Below, piece after piece: positions 58,268 through 64,000 of a stretch of 64,000 nt of DNA. This DNA is from a virus (Duplodnaviria; Caudoviricetes): the IMG/VR virus record IMGVR_UViG_3300012662_000198, positions 19,154 through 83,153 of that record; one strand, 5' to 3'. Within the stretch, counting starts at the first letter, position 1. Every line of letters starts with the position of its first letter. Below the pieces are notes generated by a model. That model saw only the letters and a program-made list of their open reading frames with translations, was not told where the DNA came from and did not search any database. A program made the translations under genes and the position numbers.

Positions 58268-58813
58268 CTAGTCTTCGAACAGGACTGCACGACCGGACTC
58301 GTGCAGTCGTTTGGCCGCGTCCCGCATGTCATTGGTCGAATACCATGACATGAACTCCTCCGGACTGGTTCCGGTGATAAGCTCCTGAACCATGTCCAAC
58401 GCCCATGCGGGGATGGTGTCGTACACGCGGTAGAGGTCCAGTTTCTTCACGTCCTTGTTCACGATGCCGCCGATGTGGACGCCGTGAGGTGCGCCGTCCA
58501 ACGGGTGATAGTCCGCCAAGACGATGATGGCTTGGGCCACTTCGTCGCGGATTTCCTCCAACAGGTCGTAGCTCATGGGGCATTCTTCGCTGAACAGGGG
58601 CAGATAATGCTCCTGTGCGAGCCAGAACGGGAACTCCTCCAAATCGTACTTGTCCATGTCGTGACGACTCAACGGCTTCTCATAGTCGATGATTGCGGTG
58701 AGCTTGCCGGTCGGGTCGGCTATTGGACGTTCGTGGATTGAGATGAGTTTTTCGTCGGGATACTGGTGGTCGTATAGCGACTTGGTGTATGCGTATGAGT
58801 ATTTTTTGGTCAA
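58268..58813 (-). CDS. Protein with a DarA C-terminal-like (defence-against-restriction) domain
   Basis: YSYAYTK..YP...AIIDYEKPLSRHDMDKYDLE resembles the Y-x-x-PL...YEL motif; promoter motif at 58838. Confidence 0.5.
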   Translation of the reverse strand: MTKKYSYAYTKSLYDHQYPDEKLISIHERPIADPTGKLTAIIDYEKPLSRHDMDKYDLEEFPFWLAQEHYLPLFSEECPMSYDLLEEIRDEVAQAIIVLADYHPLDGAPHGVHIGGIVNKDVKKLDLYRVYDTIPAWALDMVQELITGTSPEEFMSWYSTNDMRDAAKRLHESGRAVLFED

Positions 58814-58877
58814 CGGTTGTCCTTCACTCTTGTATGATGTGAATGTTTCCAGTATAGCAGGGGGAACGGTAGAAACG

Positions 58878-59827
58878 TCAGCAGTTAGTGACCTTGACCT
58901 TGTTATGCGCAAGAATAGACTCGAACAGTCGGAGTGGATTGCGGGAGTCCAGCTTGTACTGATGGTGATTCCGCGCGGTTTCCGTTTCGAGAAATCGTCC
59001 GCTCTTGGATGGCCCCTCGACAATCATGGGAATCCAGCGCCATTTCTCGCACCCCTTGCTGTTCTCCCAAACAATTTCCCCAGTGTCCAAGACGCGCTTG
59101 TATGCGGTCTTGTCGGGGAAGGACGAGTCTATTCGTGCTACCAGATTCAGTCTGCTCAAGGTTGGATTCCTCCTTCTTCCAGTTCCTTATAGTCCTGCGG
59201 GTTCAGGAAGAGCCAAGCGCCGCAGTAGGGGCATTTGACTCTGTTTTCGGCATCGACGGTGTTCTTGCAGTACCAGCAGGTGATATACCATTCCTCTACT
59301 TGTTGGTTTTGCATTTCCCCTCCTTTTTCTTGGCAAAGAAGTCGATGACTTCGATGAGATAGAGGAACATTTCAAGCAGGACAAAGAACACGAATCCCAG
59401 TACGTCAAAAGTCCAGTTTTTCAGTTTTTTGAATATGTTGGACATTGCTCTCCTTGTCTTGATAGGTTGTGTGAACAACCTCAGTATAACCCAAAAAAGC
59501 AAGACTGGCAATCACACCAAAAACCGGAAAACAAACAGGCTAATAGTTATTCCGAATCGCATTCAATACAAGCCGGGGGCGTATCTTCGGGCAACATCAG
59601 CGGCTTACTTTCTCGCTCTGATTTGGCACTTCCAACGGCATGGAACCCGAATATCCCAACAGCTCCTCGCAATGAGCGGCGACGGCTTGCAACGCGAACC
59701 GTTCTCCTGTTAGAAAGCCTTCATCCGACGCGTTGGGAATCTTTTCATCGATTCGGGCTACATGCTTTTCGCACCAGTCGATTACGTCGTTCAAGGTCTT
59801 GTCCTTCTGTGTGACGTTCACTGCCAT
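58878..59827 (-). CDS. Three small hypothetical ORFs (58878-59159, 59187-59445, 59597-59827)
   Basis: RBS-led ORFs; promoter motif at 59470 with -35 TTGCCA. Confidence 0.5.
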
Positions 59828-59918
59828 GTGAGTTGCCTTTCTGTTTTAACGGGGCAAAAATCGTTGTTTTTGCGAAAAAGACCCCGTTAAAACGCTTTTC
59901 TTTGGTTTAATTGTCTTT

Positions 59919-60224
59919 CTATCTGATTTGCTGTCGTGGAAGGACTATTTCTAGCCTGTAGTCCCCGTTGACGGTTGCGTGAAGCTTGTACACGCCTTTC
60001 GTGTCCGTAAGGCTTCGTACAGGTTTGCCGTCTTCATCCTTGTAAGGGACGCCATTGTTGCGCACCATTGTGACCATCGCATGGGGAATACGATTGCCGT
60101 ACCGGTCTGTGACAGTGCCTTCCAAGGTGATTTGACGGCCATGGATGGTCGTATCCAAGTAGCTTATTCCGTTCGATAGTTGAGGTGCGAATATCAGACC
60201 GATGAGAGTCAGTGCCGCCGCCAA
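59919..60224 (-). CDS. Carboxypeptidase-regulatory-like (beta-sandwich) domain protein
   Basis: ITLEGTVTDRYGNRIPHAMV...TDTKGVYKL. Confidence 0.6.
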   Translation of the reverse strand: MAAALTLIGLIFAPQLSNGISYLDTTIHGRQITLEGTVTDRYGNRIPHAMVTMVRNNGVPYKDEDGKPVRSLTDTKGVYKLHATVNGDYRLEIVLPRQQIR

Positions 60225-60925
60225 TCGTGTTCCGACACCATTCAGCGGTCTTGTCGAACTGGTCTTTCAGCCACATGAGCCGGTCGGTGCGCGGCATGGG
60301 CGCGGACAGCAGGCGGGACAGCTCGGCCAATGCCTGTTCCTCACCCATGTCGGCCGTATTGAGGACGGTGTTATCCTCGACTAGCTCGTACTGAGTTCGG
60401 ATGATGCGGATGGTGTCGCGGTCGGGAAGGTTGACGATAATCTCGTATCGTGCTTGGGGGTCGTACGCGGTGATGCGTCCGAATTGGAGGTCGTTGCCCA
60501 CATGCCAGTCCGGCAGTGTGTGGGCAACGGTGTTGAAGACGTTACGTGTTTTCATTATGTCAGTTCCATTCCTTCGGGGCGACAACAATCCAGCCGTTTG
60601 ACAGCGGGTATACTTCGCAGGGTTCGTCCGAGTCCAAATCGTCGTCCAACGGGTTCCAGTCTTCGAGACCGTCGTGGGCGATTTCGTCGTTGAGTGCCCC
60701 GCTGTGGATGCGTTCGGTTTCAACGTGGACGTCCTCTGAGGGGAGGAATAGGAACGAGAATGGTTCGAGCATTGGTTCGAAAAGATACGGCAGTCCGTCC
60801 TCGGCTCCCCAGTTGGCGACCATGTTCATGTGTCGTCCGTCATCCGTTTCCACGAGGATTATTCCCTATTCCTGTCCAGTGAGGTCGTGCAGGTTGATGG
60901 TCATGTTTTTCTCCTTGGTTTTAAC

Positions 60926-61423
60926 TTTTTGTGTGAACAATTCCAGTATAAGCTATGTTAAACCAAAAGTCAACCCAGAAAAACAGGGGCATAGTCCACC
61001 CAAGCAGACCATGCCCCAAAACCCAAAAACTCACCGACCAGCCAAGGCGATGGAACGAACCATAGAATCCAGCCTTGTGCTCCCCACCGATTGAGTCACA
61101 TAGTAGCTGTCGTTGTCGAGGTCAAGCCAGTAGACGACCTCGTTCTTGTCCTTATGGTACTCAGAGAAGATATAGCGTTCATCCGGCTCGCTTTTTGGAG
61201 ACGATTCCTTATGCTCGTCGTAGATGTGCTTCCAGTGCTCTTTCGTCAGCTTATTATGTCGAATACACAGCAGAGCGGTGTCATCATCGCTCCAGAATTC
61301 CAGTTCGACATCAAACGGCTGGATGGTGTCGCTGATATTCATAGGGGTTCTCCTTTTTTGCGTGGCCTGTTCGGCCTTTTTGTGTGAACAATTCCAGTAT
61401 AAGCTATGTTAAACCAAAAGTCA
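60926..61423. repeat. 47-bp identical direct repeats (60926-60972, 61377-61423) flanking one gene
   Basis: tttttgtgtgaacaattccagtataagctatgttaaaccaaaagtca x2. Confidence 0.95.
61031..61342 (-). CDS. Hypothetical protein (cassette between the 47-bp repeats)
   Basis: RBS aaaggag; 103 aa. Confidence 0.7.
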   Translation of the reverse strand: MNISDTIQPFDVELEFWSDDDTALLCIRHNKLTKEHWKHIYDEHKESSPKSEPDERYIFSEYHKDKNEVVYWLDLDNDSYYVTQSVGSTRLDSMVRSIALAGR

Positions 61424-61879
61424 TCAAATCATGAGAGCGAGAACACGCCTATCCCCCGCCTCAGCGTCCTTTAGATAGCAACGATGACGGTCGGGTTCCC
61501 CGTCCATCGCATAATCATCCCTGACCTCGAACTCTTCCAAGGAACCTTCGTTGTCACCATAGTAGGCGAACACGATAGGAGTGTCACCGCCAAGGGTTCC
61601 ACGTGCGTAGCGCAGTGTGGAAATCATCTGGTCGATGGTGGCGGGCGTGGTGAACACTTTCTGTCTCAGGTCTTCCTCAAGCTCGCATTCGCAGTCGGGG
61701 CAAACCTTCTTCAAACCATTGGAGGCGTCCGTCATATGTTGCGGGCAGTTGATGGCTCCGCACCGGTCGCAGATGGCTCGGCAGTTCTTGCAGATGTGCC
61801 TTCCGCAGGTTTCGCAAAGGGTGAGCTGGGTGAAGGGGTCAACGTTTCCGCAGTTGACGCATTTGATGCCGTCGTTCAT
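61424..61879 (-). CDS. Zinc-finger-rich hypothetical protein
   Basis: Four CxxC pairs; promoter motif at 61921. Confidence 0.65.
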   Translation of the reverse strand: MNDGIKCVNCGNVDPFTQLTLCETCGRHICKNCRAICDRCGAINCPQHMTDASNGLKKVCPDCECELEEDLRQKVFTTPATIDQMISTLRYARGTLGGDTPIVFAYYGDNEGSLEEFEVRDDYAMDGEPDRHRCYLKDAEAGDRRVLALMI

Positions 61880-62172
61880 TTTTTCTCCTTTGTTGGTGGG
61901 TTTTTTCAACCCTTCGTTTGTGTGGACGATTCCAGTATACATCTTTGGGAGAACGACACTCCCACATTCACACCGTTGGCAATGGTTTCCGCAATCTCGG
62001 CAAGAGCGTATTGCAGACCGTTTGTACTGACGTGGGCAACGCCAAGTCGTGGCTTAGGGGAATGTATGGTAGCGCCCAGAAAGGCGAAACTGCTTGTTAA
62101 TCCCTAAAAAACAGGAAGGCCGGAATCTCCAAGGGAAGAAAAACCTTGAGCTTTCCGGCCTTCCTGTTTTTT

Positions 62173-62703
62173 TCAGTCGTTGTGGTCTTCCGTGGAACCG
62201 TATACCGCTTCCTTCATATCCATCGGGTGAGCGTATTCGTAGGTGCTGATTTTCACATAGGCTTCGCCATCCCTGTTGGCGAGAACACGATGGCTGGTGG
62301 CCTTGCCCGCGAAGCGGGTCGGGCTTGTCAGGTCGGGGTAGACGGTGCATCCGGCGATGTCGTTGGGGCTTCCATCATAATTCTTGCGGAGTGGGCGGAT
62401 TTGCACGGTCTTGCCACTGGGGCTGACCTTGACCACTTCGTAGTAGCTGTTGAGAATCATGTCGTAGCCGTAGACGGAGTGGAGCACGTCTCCCACTTTG
62501 AGGGTTCCCACCGCCTTGGTGTTGTCCTTGCGGGATTCTTCGCCTTTGATTTTGAAGTCTTCGAGCGTGTAACCGTTATAATCCATGACTTTTTGGCGGA
62601 AGTTTTCAAGCCCACGCATGGTCTTCCAAGTACGACGGTAGGTGCCTTGGTAGGTGCGTTCGCCTTGGCTGTTCTTAGTCCAAAGTTCAAGGCTGAGCAT
62701 TTT
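62173..62703 (-). CDS. Hypothetical protein
   Basis: RBS aaaggag; promoter motif at 62735. Confidence 0.7.
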   Translation of the reverse strand, partial: KMLSLELWTKNSQGERTYQGTYRRTWKTMRGLENFRQKVMDYNGYTLEDFKIKGEESRKDNTKAVGTLKVGDVLHSVYGYDMILNSYYEVVKVSPSGKTVQIRPLRKNYDGSPNDIAGCTVYPDLTSPTRFAGKATSHRVLANRDGEAYVKISTYEYAHPMDMKEAVYGSTEDHND

Positions 62704-62948
62704 GGTTCTCCTTTTTGTTTGCGGTCTTCGTTTGTGCGAACGATTCCAGTATACCACATGCGAGAACAGACAAAAAACGGTGAGTCGGAACTTTTTAACT
62801 ATGATTCAGCCACAAGGGTTTAGAAATCTTTTCTTCTCGCCCTCAAATAGGACTTAATCGTTTTACGGGGTACTTCTCTGTTAGAAAACAGCACATCGTG
62901 ACTGTTAAGTCTGACTAACACCAAAGAGACCACATCGTTGTCCACGTA

Positions 62949-62982
62949 TTGAATCCTCCCCACGGCTAAAGCCGGGGGATTC
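62949..62982 (-). mobile_element. Solo IS200/IS605 right end
   Basis: gaatcccccggctttagccgtggggaggatTCAA; hairpin identical to 30285-30312. Confidence 0.75.
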
Positions 62983-62989
62983 TAAGCGG

Positions 62990-63286
62990 TCATTTTCCAC
63001 CTTCCGGTTCTTCCGAAACCGCTTTCCATGCGGCCTTGAGCACACCTTTAGCCAAGACACGCAACCGGCTTTCGTTCCACTCTTTCAACCCGAAATTGCC
63101 CGCCGAATCCTTCAAATATTGGATGACGGCCTGAATCTCCATTTCAGTGGGTTTCATGGTGCGGCCACGCAAGTAGGCTTCCTGCAAATCGTCACTGTCG
63201 GCTTCGAACGTTTTTTGGACAGTCGGATAATCCTCCCAATATTCGGTTGGATACAGTTTCTCGGCTTCGTTGTCGGCAATACTCAC
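62990..63286 (-). CDS. Hypothetical protein, paralogue of 24421-24795
   Basis: KTFEADSDDLQEAYLRGR. Confidence 0.7.
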   Translation of the reverse strand: MSIADNEAEKLYPTEYWEDYPTVQKTFEADSDDLQEAYLRGRTMKPTEMEIQAVIQYLKDSAGNFGLKEWNESRLRVLAKGVLKAAWKAVSEEPEGGK

Positions 63287-63461
63287 CGCGTACCTCTTCC
63301 TGTAAAAGTAGTCGAATTCGACTACTTTTAGTCTACTGTCTTTTTCGTCTGATTAGGTTTCCCACCCAGTTGGCCGATGACATCAACCTGAAGGCAAAAC
63401 AAAAAAGGAGGGCCGGACTGGCGGTGGAACCAGTCCGGCCCTCCCCTAGCTCACGGTCGGA

Positions 63462-64000
63462 TTACCGTCCATGTCGAGGCGTCACGACATGACGCCTACG
63501 ACCAGCGGACACGACCGCCAACCCCACACCCAAGAGCGTGAACACAGCCAACGCCACGGTAGGCATGTTCACACCGGTCTTGGCAAGCTGGCGAATCGCC
63601 TTCACGATGGCCGGTGTCACCGGTGGAATATAGGAATTGACGAACTCGGGACGGGTTCCAGTAGTCGTGACCATGCTGGGACTTGCATCCGAGCCATCCT
63701 CACCCTCGCCGGAACCATCAGCCGTCTTATCGGACTTGACGGTCGGATAGACGAGCATGGTGCTGGAATCCTTCACCGAATCATCCGCCGGGTCGTACTC
63801 GACTTTGGCGGTCAGACTGCCTTGCAGATTGTCGCTTACGGTAACGGTCACGTGGTGTTCCGTCTTGTCGTAGGTGACGTTCTTTTCGCCGGTGTTCTTC
63901 TCCCGAATCACATACCGGTGTCCGCCGGTATCGTCGGCCCCGTCATTGTCGTCGCCACGATTGTTGTCGTTGTCAAATGGTGCGGTGCCGGTTGCCCGGT
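63462..64000 (-). CDS. C-terminus of a sortase-anchored surface protein (continues beyond the window)
   Basis: YVIRE..YDKTEHHVTVTVSD (Spy0128-like) and LAKTG with TM and basic tail. Confidence 0.8.
   Translation of the reverse strand, partial: RATGTAPFDNDNNRGDDNDGADDTGGHRYVIREKNTGEKNVTYDKTEHHVTVTVSDNLQGSLTAKVEYDPADDSVKDSSTMLVYPTVKSDKTADGSGEGEDGSDASPSMVTTTGTRPEFVNSYIPPVTPAIVKAIRQLAKTGVNMPTVALAVFTLLGVGLAVVSAGRRRHVVTPRHGR

Noticed and set aside
60940-60966. TATGTTAAA resembling an XerD arm
   Set aside because: No 6-bp spacer or XerC arm; it is the hairpin arm of a family promoter.

Overview
This is 64 kb of a large Bifidobacterium-type (Actinobacteria) conjugative megaplasmid. The assignment is an inference from gene content resembling the pMP7017 type, not a database hit. 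Left to right the window holds: two giant sortase-anchored surface proteins; a ~5 kb segment (CHAP, ssb, dif site) inverted by IS200/IS605 ends, which split an NlpC/P60 gene and destroyed a Phd/YafQ toxin-antitoxin pair; a secreted DUF1524 nuclease; a frameshifted second rep gene; a class E sortase; two Clp-N-domain proteins; thyA; a Pnk-RNA ligase fusion with a metallophosphoesterase; a CAP-domain adhesin; a type II-C CRISPR-Cas locus (tracrRNA, cas9, cas1, cas2, 30 repeats); 7 tRNAs, a tmRNA and tRNA-like RNAs; an intact RepA with an iteron/DnaA-box origin; plasmid copies of secG and secE; and a long run of small accessory genes. Three IS200/IS605-family elements and many solo or fused ends are present. 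The most striking unexplained structure is a family of 19 promoters sharing the -10/+1 sequence TATA(C/G)TGGnnnnGTTCACA. In most copies checked by eye, this sequence sits in the loop of a sequence-variable imperfect fold-back.
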